NCBI GenBank assembly: GCA_030390025.1
Contig: CM059432.1
Location: 31,436,001 to 31,500,000 of the forward strand
DNA length: 64,000 bases
Reading direction: 5' to 3'
From: Squalus acanthias
Taxonomy: Eukaryota
Made by a program: the position numbers and the translations under genes. Within the stretch, counting starts at the first letter, position 1; every line of letters begins with the position of its first letter. Of the stretch, positions 36,636 through 48,324 are shown one piece after another. The notes beneath the pieces are model-generated. The model was not told the origin of the DNA. It saw only the letters and a list, made by a program, of their open reading frames with translations, and searched no databases.

Positions 36636-38490
36636 GAAAGCTGCCAAAACGGCTCACTATTCCAGGATCATCCTGGAATGCAAAGATAACCCCCAGCTTC
36701 TTTTCTCTATTACAAACCATCTTCTTAAACCCATCTCCCCTGCCTCCTCCACACTCAGCTCCAACAACAAGTGCAAGGAGCTCATGGACTTCTTTGTCAT
36801 TAAGATTGAGACCATCCGTTCAGTTGCCTCTGCAGCTTCCCTCCCATTCCCAGCCCACCGGACCAAACTTCCTCTAAGGATCCCCCTGCCCTAGTCCTGA
36901 ACTCGCATCTTCCTCTAGTTTCTCTATTTCCCCTCATGCCCTCTCCAAGCTCATTTTGTCCATAATACCCACCTCCTGCTCCCTCGACCCTATTTCCACT
37001 AAACTACTGACCACCAAATTTCCCTTGCTGGCCCCCATGTTAGCTGATATTGTTAATGGTTCTCTCTCCTCATGTACTGTCCCCCCTCCCCTTCAAATCT
37101 GCCGTAATCACCCCTCTGCTCAAAAAAACAACCATTAACCCCTCCATCCTTGCAAACTACTGGGCCATCTCCAACCTTCCCTTCCTCTCCAAAATCCTTG
37201 TACGTGCTATCACCTCCCAAATCCGTGCCCACCTTTCCTGGAACTCCATGTTCAAATCCCTCCAATCAATTTCCGCCACTGCCACAGTACCGAAACCGCT
37301 CTTATCGAAGTCACAAAGGACACCCTATGTGACTGTAACCATAGTAACCTATCCCGCTTCATCTTTCTTGACCTGTCTGCAGCCTTTGACATGGTTGATC
37401 ACACCATCCTCCTCCAACCTCTTCTCCATCGTCCAGCTGGGTGGGACTGCACTCGCCTGGTTCCATTCTTATCTATCAAGTTGTAGCCAGAGTAACACCT
37501 GCAATGGCTTCTCTTCCCGCTCCCGCACAATTACCTCTAGTGTTCCCCCAAGGATCTATCCTTAGCCCCCTCCTATTTCTTATTTACATGCTGCCCCTCG
37601 GCAACATCATCTGAAAACACGTCAGATTCCACATGTACGCTGACAACACCCGGCTCTACCTCACAACCAGCTCTTTCAACCCCTCCACGGTCTCTAAATT
37701 GTCAGACTGCTTGTCTGACATCCAGTACTGGATGAGCAGAAATTTCCTCCAACTAAATATTGGGACAAACTCCGTTTCCTAGCCACCGACTCCATCCCAC
37801 TCCCTGGCAAATTGTCTAAAAGGAACCAGACCGTTCGCAACCTTGGTGTCATATTTGACCCTGAAATGAGCTTCCGACCACATAGCCACACCATCACTAA
37901 GACCTCCTATTTCGACCTCCATAACATTGCCCGACTCTGCCACTGCCTCAGCTCATCTGCTGCTGAAACCCTCATCTATGCCTTTGTTAGCTCTAAACTT
38001 GTCTATTCCAACGCACTCCTGGCTGCCCTTCCATCTTCCACCCTCCATAAACTTAAAGTCCTTCAAAACTCTACTGCCCGTATCCTAACTCTCACCATGT
38101 CCCTGTGCTCACTGACCTACATTGGCTCCTGGTTAAGCAATGTCTCGATTTTAAAATTCTCATCCTTGTTTTCAAATCCCTCCATGGCCTAGCCCTTCCC
38201 TTTCTCTATAACCTCCTACAACCCGCCGAGATATCTGCGATCCTCCAATTCTGGCCTTTTGCACATCCCCGGTTTTAATTATTCCACTATTGGTGGCCGT
38301 GCCTTCAGCTGCCGAGGCCCTAAGCTCTGGAATTCCCTCCCATAACCTCTCCACGTCACCACCTCTCTTTCCTCCTTTAAGGCGCTCCTTAAAACCTACC
38401 ACTTTCTGCCTTAATATCCTCTTATGTGGCTCGGTACGTTGGGATGTTTTATTATGTTAAGGTGCTATATAAATGAAAGTTGTTGTTGTT
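36636..38490 (+). mobile_element. L2 LINE RT region to 3' end
   Basis: KTAHYSRII, SCSLDPISTKLL, FKSAVITPLLKK..NYWAISNLPFLSKIL, YADNT, VRNLGVIFDP, and tail TATATAAATGAAAG(TTG)n. Confidence 0.93.
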
Positions 38491-39947
38491 ATTATTGTGA
38501 ATCCCATAGCAGGGCTCATTCCTCAATGAGACAGGTCAGTGGCTAAACTAATTATTGGCTGAAGGCATAATGCTTGCGGAGTTTGCCTCAGGCATCCTGT
38601 CCATCTGAGTTCAGCTGAAATATCTGAACATTTAAAGAAAGGGTTCTTCAGCTGTGATGTAAGCGGTAACTGTTTCTCACTGGCATTAACCATACTCTCT
38701 AGACAATTTGTTCACTCTGGTTTCATATACCAGTGTACACAAAGCAAAAACTATGGTAAGTACTTGTGTAACAAATTACCAGGAATCCTATTGAAGCTGA
38801 CAGTATAGCCCCGATTCTAAACCACCCAGCTTCAATGGAGAGCAAAATCAGACAGGGTGTAAAACAAGTGTCCGACCTGAACTCACCCTGTTCCTGCCGA
38901 GTAGGTTCGGTTAAAATCAGGGCTAATAAATGGGCCCACGACACAATTAAATCCGTTTCCATTTCAAGTTAAACTATGACAGTATGACAAGGAGGCAGAG
39001 GAATAAACTGGCAGAAGGCAAATGTGGGACTGATATCAAAGCGTTCTCCTTTGCATAAGAGGCCTAATTCAGTGGAATGGAGAGTACATGGCAGGGAGTG
39101 TTGTAAGAGCTGTCGAAGGTTAGAGATAAGGAGAGGTGAGACCATAGAGGGATTTAAAAACAAGGATGAGAATTTTAAAGTTGAGGCAAGGGGTTACTGG
39201 GAGCCAATGCAGGTCAGTGAGAACTGGGGTGATGTGTGAGCAGGATTTGACACAGGAGCAGAGTTTGGATGAGCTGAAGGAGGGTGGAGGTTGAAAGGCT
39301 GGTTAAGAGAGCATTGGAACAGTCGAAGAAAGAAAGAAAGAGAAAAAGAGAGTGAGAAAGAAAGAAAGTTCTGTAGGCAAATGCAGCAGCAAATTTACAC
39401 ACAGTTCGGTCCCACAAACACTATGGAAAAAATCAGGGGTGAGGTTGGACGAGGAGAGGGTTTGAGGAGGCAATTGATAGCTGAGAAAAGATGCCGGGGG
39501 TTCTTTTTGCTCTCCAGGATGATCTTAGATTATTTGTCAAAGGAGTATTATTTAAATAGTGAAAAGCTAGGAACAGAGATTTAGGGGTCCATGTACACTG
39601 ATCACTAAAATGTCGTGGTCAAGCATAAAAAATAACCAAAAAGTCTAACTAGAGGGCTGGAATATAAAGGGAAGGAAGTTTTGCTACAGATATAGAAAGC
39701 CCTGGTTAGACCACATCTGGTGTACAGTTCTGGGCACCACACCTTAGAAAGGATATATTGGCCTTGGAAGGAGTGCAGCTCAGATTCACCAGAATGTTAC
39801 CAGGGCTCCAAGGGTTACATTATGAGGAGTGATTACATAAACAGCTTGTATTCCCTGGAATATTGAAGGTTAAAGGGTGATTTGATTGAGGTTTTAGGAT
39901 TTTGGAAGGAATTGATAGGGTAGATAGAGATAGAGGTAGATAGAGAG

Positions 39948-40313
39948 GGCAACATGGTGGCATAGTGGTTAGCACTGGTGCCTCACAGCGCCAGGGACCC
40001 GGGTTCGAATCCGGCCTCGGGTGACTGTCTGTGTGGAGTTTGCACATTCTCCCCGTGTCTGCGTGGGTTTCCTCCGGGTGCTCCGGTTTCCTCCCACAGT
40101 CCAAAGATGTGCGGGTTAGGTTGATTTGGCTATGATAAATTGACCCTTAGTGTTAGGGGGGATTAAATATGTGGGATTACGGGGATAGGATGGGATATGT
40201 TAGGGGGGATTAAATACGTGGGGTTACAGGGATAGGGTGGGATATGTGTCGGTGCAGGCTCGATGGGCCGAAATGGCCTCTATCTGTACTGTGGGGATTC
40301 TGTGATTCTGTGA
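39948..40313 (+). mobile_element. V-SINE (HE1-like), full length
   Basis: A box TGGCATAGTGG, B box GGTTCGAATCC, V-domain GTGGAGTTTGCACATTCTCCCCGTGTCTGCGTGGGTTTCCTCCGGGTGCTCCGG and a CR1-type tail (GATTCTGT)n. Confidence 0.92.
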
Positions 40314-40403
40314 ACTTTTTTCCGTTGGTGGGAAGTCTAGGACAAGGAGACATAACCTTAAAATCAGAGCCAGGCCATTCAGGAGAGATTTTGGAAACAC
40401 TTC

Positions 40404-43400
40404 GGCCGGGAAATTGGACCCGTTTGCGCCAGCCATTAAGGCCAGTTTGGAAGAAAATTGGTAGCCACCTCGCTTCTGCCCACTTCTGGCGCGAAATGCA
40501 GCGGCCGCCATTTTGGGCAGGTCGGCAGCGCTGCCAATGCCTGCGCTCGTTGCAGATATTTAGATGAGGCAGATTGTGATGTCAATTGGCATGCAATGCT
40601 GATTTGATGCACGACCTGCCATTTTGGACGTCGCCGCTCCTTTTAATGCCTTTTCCAAATCATGACCAGCTGAACATGAGTTCAACTGCAGTAAGGTGCA
40701 GGGCGCCATCGACTGCACACATGTGGCTTTGCGGGCACTGCATATCAAACCTGAGATGTACCATAACCGCAAAGGCTACCATTCTCTTAATGTGCAGTTG
40801 GTGTGCAACCACGCCCAGCCAATCACGATGGTGAATGCCCAGTATCCTGGGAGCAGTCATGATGCCTTCATCCTGTGCCAGTCTGGTGTGCCATCAATCT
40901 TCCAGCCACCACGTCAAACTTGAGGGTGGCTGCTCTACACCTGGTTGATGACTCCCCTCCGCAACCCCACCACTCGTGGCCAGCAATCATATAATGAGAG
41001 CCATGCTGCCATGAGGAACCTCATCGAGCAGACCATCGGGGTGCTTAAGCAATGGTTCTGCTACCTTGACCGCTCGGGAGGAGCCAGCCAGTACGTGTTG
41101 GTCTGCTGCATGCTCCACAACTTGGCCATCATGAGGGTGCAGCCCTTACCATCATGGGTTCCGGGACACTCTCAGGAGGAGGAGGAGGTGGAAGGGAAGA
41201 GGCAGGCAGCAGATCCCCATTCCAGACGGGCTGTCCATGAGCACCTCATCAGACTCCAGTTCCAGTGAATGAAACCCCAGATCTCCATTGCTCACCACTT
41301 CCCCATCATACCATCCCTCTGTCATGGAATATCACAGCGTCCTCCTGGACACAAAGCTAAAATGAGAGCCACCACAAAACAAACATTCCAAACATAATTT
41401 ATAAATTCAAAACAAGAACGTCAACTAATCACCCTTGTGCATTCCCTTAGTGTCTGTCTTTCATGTTCCTTTTCTTACTTTAGTGCTCCTACGAAGTGCT
41501 ACCCCAGTGGCTGCAGCATGGCTGGTGGAAGGCTGCTGACTTTCAGTGGGGGAGACTACAGCTGGCCTTGCAGGATTTCCTCGAGCAGCTCTGGGCCTAG
41601 AAGGCCCGACTGTAGACTGCACCATCTCAGCATGGGCGGCAGCAGTCTGGGCTGGCTGGATGACAGACAGCAGCAAGTGCACTGGCGGAGTGGCAGTGGT
41701 GGGAGTACGAATGCTGTCCTCTTGGGAGAGGACAGCAGGTTCTTGCTCCACGGAGCCACTGCCACTCCCCCGGGGCGACGCCTCAGCATTACTAGCCATC
41801 TGTTGGGGAGTCAGTTTGCTGGAGTGCTGTGAGACCCTGCAAGTCCCTTTCCACACTCGGAAATCCAGCCACGATTGCAGCAGTCTGAGTTTCCACTCCA
41901 TCACTGAGTGTTGGGTCTCTTCCGCCTGTGCTGTAATGGAAGCTGCAATATCGCCCATCACACGCAGCATCATGGTTGGGTCCACAAGTTCTCTAATGGA
42001 GTTGCCCATCATTTCCATCTTGGAAATCACGGGCCCCAAGCTCCACGCAAAGCCCTGTACAATGTTGGAGCCAAACTCCCCCATGCTGCTTGACACTGGC
42101 AAGAGGCTCTCTGGCAGGCTTGCCATTGCACCTAGTATTTCTGTGTGCATGCCCACCACCCTTCTTCTGAAGGCCGCCCCATCAAGGTCATCATCTGAGT
42201 CATGTGCAGCAGAACTTGTGCACAATCTCGCCCTCTGGGAAGCTGGCACCCGAGCTACCCTTTCCCCCTGGCCTGGCTGCAGCCCACTCATGCCTGGTGA
42301 CTCACCATATGCAGATCCTACCTCTGTACTACTCTGCGCAGTGCCATTTTCTGAGCTGGTGCCTGCGAGTGTCAGATGCAGTGATGGTATGTCTTCTTTT
42401 CCTTCACTCTCCTCCTCCATCAGTTCAGGGACTGGCTGTGCTGGTGGGATTTCTTGGGTATCTGAAAGGAGAAAGGCACAACAGTCGGGTTGTGGTGAGG
42501 GGAGGGGAGGGGGGGAAAGCAAGCTATCCATGCATACACCATCAGCAGCTTGTAAGTGAGAAGACATTGTGGGATGAAGGAGAAATGGGATGTGAGAAGA
42601 AGAATTAGGTATGAGCATATTTTCATCATCAATAATACTTCCAACTTCGCCGCTCACCACAGACTCTCTGACGGCCCCTCCAATGAAGTCCAGAACTGCA
42701 TCCTCCAGCTCTGTTGGGTTCTGCAGATGGGCTTCCCCTCCACCCGTCTGCTGCTGCTCCCAGCGGTTATGAGCCACCTTTGCCTGAAAGAGAAAGGGAA
42801 GTGTGTCAGTGAGTGTGGTGCAATGTGTTTGGGTGATGTGCCTGTCATGGTTGAATAGCTGGAATGTGTTTGAGTGATGTACCTGCCATGGTTGAATAGC
42901 TGGAAGTGTGTGCAAGGTGTGAGTTGTGGGTCTTGCAGCAGTGGTAAGTGTGTGAGGGTGAAGTGAAGCTATGATTGTGAGGTATGAGCAGTGATTGGTA
43001 AAGAATGTTAGTAGGTGAGTGATGGGGGTGTGGTGCATTGAGCAGTGTGTGAGGTTAGCGGTGCAGATGGTGGCATACGGCATTTGATGATGAATTCACT
43101 CACCTTGACCTCGTGTGAGGTCATGAAGCTTTTTGCGGCACTGGATCCAGGTCGGGACACTCGTCGCACTGACGGCTTCAGTAATTTCCTCCCACAGCCT
43201 GCTGCTGTTCTGCCTTGAAGGCCTCTTGCCCCCCCCTATGGGTAGAGGACCTGACGGTGTGTTTGAACCCCCAGGACCAAGGCCTCCAGTGCCACATCAG
43301 AAAATCTCCTCGCCCTCTCTCTTGGCTGTTAGGCCATGGCTTTCTCCACAATGACAATGAGGAGCTTCTGCAACAAAGCACCTCCCCTTAAAGTAGTGCA

Positions 43401-43593
43401 GAGAGCGTAGGCCAAACTTTATTGGCCAGTAGATTGGCCCTCCCTGTTCAGCGCTAAGCCAATCAGCACTGCAATCATTATAATGAACAGGCAGCACAAA
43501 TTTTGCGTGTGGCCTGCACCACTTTGAACGGCAGGCACATAGAGGCTTCATGCTGCCCGTGCCCATTTTTGGGCCTTATCCAATTTCTAGGCC
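40404..43593 (+). mobile_element. Harbinger copy 2 (different family), transposase 5' half deleted
   Basis: TIRs GGCCGGGAAATTGGA and TCCAATTTCTAGGCC with TSD TTC. The transposase remnant at 40696-41268 (+) starts at [10 protein letters not shown]. The partner gene lies on minus. Confidence 0.9.
41461..43370 (-). pseudogene. Harbinger Myb/SANT-like partner gene (three exons inferred)
   Basis: Exon 1 encodes WEEITEAVSATSVPTWIQCRKKLHDLT with a GTGAGT donor at ~43100. Exon 2 is AKVAHNRWEQQQTGGG. A long open exon 3 ends ALRRSTKVRKGT. Confidence 0.8.
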
Positions 43594-45758
43594 TTCGTCA
43601 TGCAAAGGGTGGAACTCTCTCCCATAAAAAGCAGTAGATGCGAGCTCAATTAGTAATTTTAAATCTGAGATTGATAGATTTTTGCTAGACAAGGGTATAA
43701 AAGGATATGAAGCCTAGTCGGGTGGATGGAGATATGATACAGATCAGCCATGATCTTATTGAATGGCGGAGCAGGCTCGAGAGTCTGAATGGCCTACTCC
43801 TGTTCCTCTGTTCCTATGAGAATGATGCCCGATGAATGGATGGCTAAGCCAGTTGAGCACCACATACACTCAAGGCAGCAGCCCTTGGACATAGAGGAGT
43901 GGAGCTGGGCACTGTACCAGGGAGTATGACTAGGATGGGACAGAGTTAAAGTTTTGCCGGGGACAATGGCATCAAAAGAAACAGGTTTATTGAGCCTAAT
44001 GACTCCTACAAATTCTTGTCTTCTTTCTGTACACATATAGTAAACTCCCAGCCATTGCTATTGCTGTAACTTGTGCTGCAATTTGTTTTTTGGACTGTAT
44101 CCATTGGTCTGTGCTGTAACATATTGCCATTGACATTATTTTAACCACTATTTATTCTAACCCATTAAGTTGATCCCACCAGGGGCTTAGTGCAAACAAG
44201 AGATTGCTTCTTGGGTATAAATCATGGATGGAAATGACCATTAGGGGTCGTGAACTCTTGTGGAGTTTGCTTGGCCAATTAGTTATCTGTTGTATCATTC
44301 TATCGTAGCCAGCACTGGATTGCTGTACCCTAAAGGATTAATAAATAACTCAACACTGTTGTTTCTTTCCCTTCAATCAAAGGAAAAAGCTGTGAATCAC
44401 ATGACCACTGCTGTTAATTCTGTGGTGAGGACAAAACAGGCCTTGCCAAATAGCAACACAGAGCAAGAGATAACAACGGGCAGGTTAGATTAAAACCGGG
44501 GATTCAGTGGTAGCACACTCCCCTCTGGGTCAGATATCATGGATTCAAGTGTCATCCCTGACTTGATTGCATAATCTAGCCTGACGTTTCAGTACTGCAT
44601 TGTCAACTTGTCAACAAATGGTACAACTTTCGGATGAGAGGTTAATCATAGAATAATACAACACAGAAGAAGGCCATTCAGCTTATCGTGCCTGTACCGG
44701 CTCTTTGAAAGAGCTATTCAAAAGGTGTGATGGTTTCCACACAAAATAGGTTTGAATGGAGGTCCTTCGATCTGACCCTTTCAGCACACTTCCTCCATGT
44801 TTCCAGTATAGCTTTAGGGGGAAAAATTCAGTTGCTTAGCGCCTCCCGTTAGCGCCTCCGGGGGCGCTAACGGGGTGCGGCGATATTAGCGGCGCTCGCG
44901 AAACTGACCAGACATTTTGCAGCGGCACTATACACTACCGCCATGATGTCCTGCGCCCGTAGATCGTGACGTCAGTCGAGCGTGCAACGCCCCGGTAGCG
45001 CCCCAGACCGGATATTGAGTCGCGCCCCCTGCCTTTTCGCCTGCCGCTAGCAACGACAGGTAAAGGGGAATGTTTTGCAATCGGGAAGGGGCTGGGGGAG
45101 CGCTATTTAAAGGCGGATGCTTCCTGCCTTTTCTTGTCGGTGAAATTTTTGCACCATGCATTCTGAGAGGGAGAGTGTCTTCTGGAGAGATTCAACGCTG
45201 TGTGAAGGAGTTTTGGGTGCTGAGCAGCACTTTGCAGATTCATTTTGATTTGACCTTCATTCCAGCGATTTAGAAGAGACTTTGGGGGCTGCACTGATTC
45301 GGGGCGTCGTCCTGCACTTGCAGAATCGGAGGCAGCAGAGACGCAGAGAGAGAGTGGCAAACATGGCCAGAAGGAGGAGGGCCAACCGGCCTCCACACAG
45401 GAGACCTTATCCACCCAGGGTATTCCGGGAGCAATTCTCCTACATTCATTAGTCTGAGGAGCAGTGTTTGCGCAGGCTGCGCTTCAGCAAGGACGTGGTC
45501 ACTGAGCTCTGCCACCTGCTGCAACCAGATCTGCAGCCTCAACTGAGGACCAGGACGTCTCTGTCGATGGCAGTGAAGGTGACCGTAGCTCTGAATTTTT
45601 ATGGCAGCGGCTCCTTTCAAGCTTCTACTGGGGACATCACCAATATCTCCCAGTTCATGGTCCATTGCTGTATCCGGGGGGTGACAAATGCCCTGTAGAA
45701 AAGGAGACGCCAGTACATCTCTTTCCCCATGACCCAGGCCAAACAGCATGAATGCGCA

Positions 45759-46552
45759 ACACATGCCCTTATACCTCCCCCCTTCCCACTGTCCAGGGCC
45801 CCAAACACCCCTTCCAGGTGAAACAGTGGTTTACTTGTACTTCTTGCAATTTAGTATACTGTATTCGCTGCTCACGATGTGGTCTCCTCTACATTGGGGA
45901 GACCAAACGCAGATTGGGTGACCGCTTTGTGGAACACCTCCTGTTCAGTCTGTAAGGGGGACCCCGAGCTTCCGGTCGCCTGTCACTTTAATTCACTGCT
46001 CCACTCCCACTCGGACCTCACCGTCCTCGGCCACTTACACTGTTCCACGGAAGCTCGGTGTAAGCTCGAGGAACAGCACCTCATCTTTCATTTAGGCACT
46101 TTACAGCCCACTGGACTCAACATCGAGTTCAACAATTTCAGATCATAACCCAACCCCTATCATATGTATATTTTTTATCCACACTTTTTGTTTGTGCCTT
46201 CTGTTCTTCTCTCCCACATGGCAGCTGTCTTTCATTCTGCCAGCGCAATTCACACTTCATCTAGAGCCATCCTTTGTTTCTTAACCTGTCCCATTACCAT
46301 CTCCTTTTGCCTTGAATATCTCTTAATGTCTCTTAACCTCTCCTGCCTTCTATCCTATCACAGACCTTCCCTTTTGTTCTTTCATTCCCTCCCCCCTTTC
46401 CCAGCCCCTAAACTTGCTTAAAAATCTGTTCCATTTCCTGCTTTTTTCCAGTTCTGACGAAAGGTCATCGACCTGAAACGTTAACTCTGTTTCTCTCTTC
46501 ACAGATGCTGCCTGACCTGCTGAGTATCTCCAGCATTTTCTGTTTTTATTAT
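45759..46552 (+). mobile_element. Penelope-like retroelement 3' fragment (family P1) with GIY-YIG endonuclease
   Basis: FTCTSCNLVYCIRCSRCGLLYIGETKRRLGDRFVEHL ... EQHLIFHLGTLQPTGLNIEF*. Flanked by the 14-bp repeat AGCATGAA(T/C)GCGCA (45745-45758 and 46553-46566). Confidence 0.93.
46450..46486 (+). ncRNA. Minimal type I hammerhead ribozyme motif
   Basis: AGTT-CTGACGA-A-AGGTC-ATC-GACCT-GAAACGTT-AACT. Confidence 0.72.
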
Positions 46553-47118
46553 AGCATGAACGCGCATGTGGCTTTGCTAGGATAGCGGGCTTCCCCATGG
46601 TGCAGGGCGCCATTGACTGCACACGTGTGGAATGAAAATGCAGAGGTATTCCGAAACCGCAAGGGCTACCACTCCTTAAATGTGCAGTTGGTCTGTGACC
46701 ACACACAGCTCATACTCGCCGTCAATGCCCGCTATCCTGGCAGCAGCCACAATGCTTTCATCCTGTGCCAGACTGGTGTGCCAGACCTTTTCCAGGCACC
46801 GTATCAAACAAGTGGATGGCTCCTCAGGGACAAGGGTTATCCACTCTGCACCTGGTGATGACACCACTCCATAACCCCAACACCCCTGCTGAGCTGCGGT
46901 ACAATGAGAGCCATCTCGCCACCAGGAGCATCATTGAGCAGACGATCGCCATGCTCAAGCAATGGTTCCGCTGTCTGGACCACTCAGGAGGAGCCCTGCA
47001 GTACTCTCCTGAGCGAGTCTCCCTGTTCATAGTTGTGTGCTGCATGCTTCAAAACCTGGCAATCCTGAGGACCCAGCCAATGCCACCAGGGATTGGTGCA
47101 CCACCTGAGGATGAGGAG

Positions 47119-47150
<32 letters not shown>

Positions 47151-47396
47151 TGAGGAGGAGGATCAGCAGCAGCACCCATGTGGGAGGGAGGCGCACAATG
47201 TTGCCAGTGCAAGGGCCGTCCGTGAACGGTTGATAAGAAGCCGCTTCGAGGCCCCTACTCAGAAGATGGCTTCTGGCATGGAGAACAACATCATGGAAAG
47301 CAACCCGCACCCACTATTGCCGGCCAAAGCTGGAATGATTCCAAAGACCAAACATGTAAATTTTGAATACAAAAACTTTTTTATTTAACAAACTCT

Positions 47397-47667
47397 GGGC
47401 TGGATTTTGTCTTGGGGTCGGGTTGGGGTCGTGTAATCCGCATTTCGTGTTTCCCCCCCGACTCCAGATTAATGTAGGTGCCTGATGCAATTTTCACTTA
47501 ATTGGGCAATTAAATTGGAGCATGTGGGAACCCATGAACTAATTAGTGTTTTCAGACCTCTGATGATGTCATCAGTACTGACTGCCTAGTCTCAGAGACT
47601 GTTGGTGAGAGAGGGGTTGCCTGGCTTATGATGTGAGTGGACCTGGATGCAGAAATGGGGGGGGGGG

Positions 47668-47704
<37 letters not shown>

Positions 47705-48155
47705 TTTTTTGCCAAGTAAGTCCTCCCAGGCAGTGTCTTAAGACATTCAATGCAGCATCACAGGCAATGTTCAGACCTACTACTACCACCACTACCACCT
47801 TCAACACATCTCCGTTGTAATAGTGCACTTGCAGCCGAAAGTCAGCTATCCACTTCTGCTCCCACCAGGTTTCACTGGAGTGTTTCACACCAGGCGTGCT
47901 TCACGTCAGAAGAGGGTTAAACTAGCTACAGCGTTTCAAAATCGCATTACAGAGCCAATTTAGAGCTTGTTAAGGGCTTTAATGGCCTCTCCCGCCTCCA
48001 AGAGGCGGGACGGAATCGGGAACCCCGCGACTGATTATGTCAAAATTGCGTGGAGGCGGGATGGAGTCGGGATGGGGTCGGAAACCCCGACCCCGCAAAT
48101 TTAACCCCCCACACGCCTCCAAACCCGACTCCATGGGTCATTCAAAATCCAGCCC
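47397..48155. mobile_element. MITE family M1, inside Harbinger copy 3
   Basis: TIR GGGCTGGATTTT...AAAATCCAGCCC with TSD TCT. Confidence 0.9.
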
Positions 48156-48324
48156 TCTGTGTGTATCATTTATTCAGGACAAACAATTAGAAACCAACAC
48201 AACAAATCATGAACTAACAGAACTGGTTCTCACAAGATGGAGATAAACGGCAAAACAGTAAACAAATGTAATCACACGAACCTCGACCTTTACTACAAAC
48301 ATTCCCACCATTTCTTTAGGCCTC

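Larger units (their letters stand above)
39530..43820 (+). mobile_element. CR1 3' fragment hosting a V-SINE and a Harbinger element
   Basis: CR1 sequence at 39530-39945, 40314-40403 and 43594-43820 (tail) is collinear once the inserts are removed. Confidence 0.85.
45282..47388 (+). pseudogene. Harbinger transposase interrupted by a Penelope insert
   Basis: LRFSKDVVTELC..ALNFYGSGSFQ, then [36 protein letters not shown] and a poly-E tail. Contains stops and frameshifts. Confidence 0.92.

Noticed and set aside
39950..40025. tRNA gene
   Set aside because: The A/B boxes continue into the V-SINE body, so this is a SINE head.
41546..42559. 337-aa plus-strand ORF
   Set aside because: Antisense shadow of the Harbinger partner exon 3 with no independent motifs.
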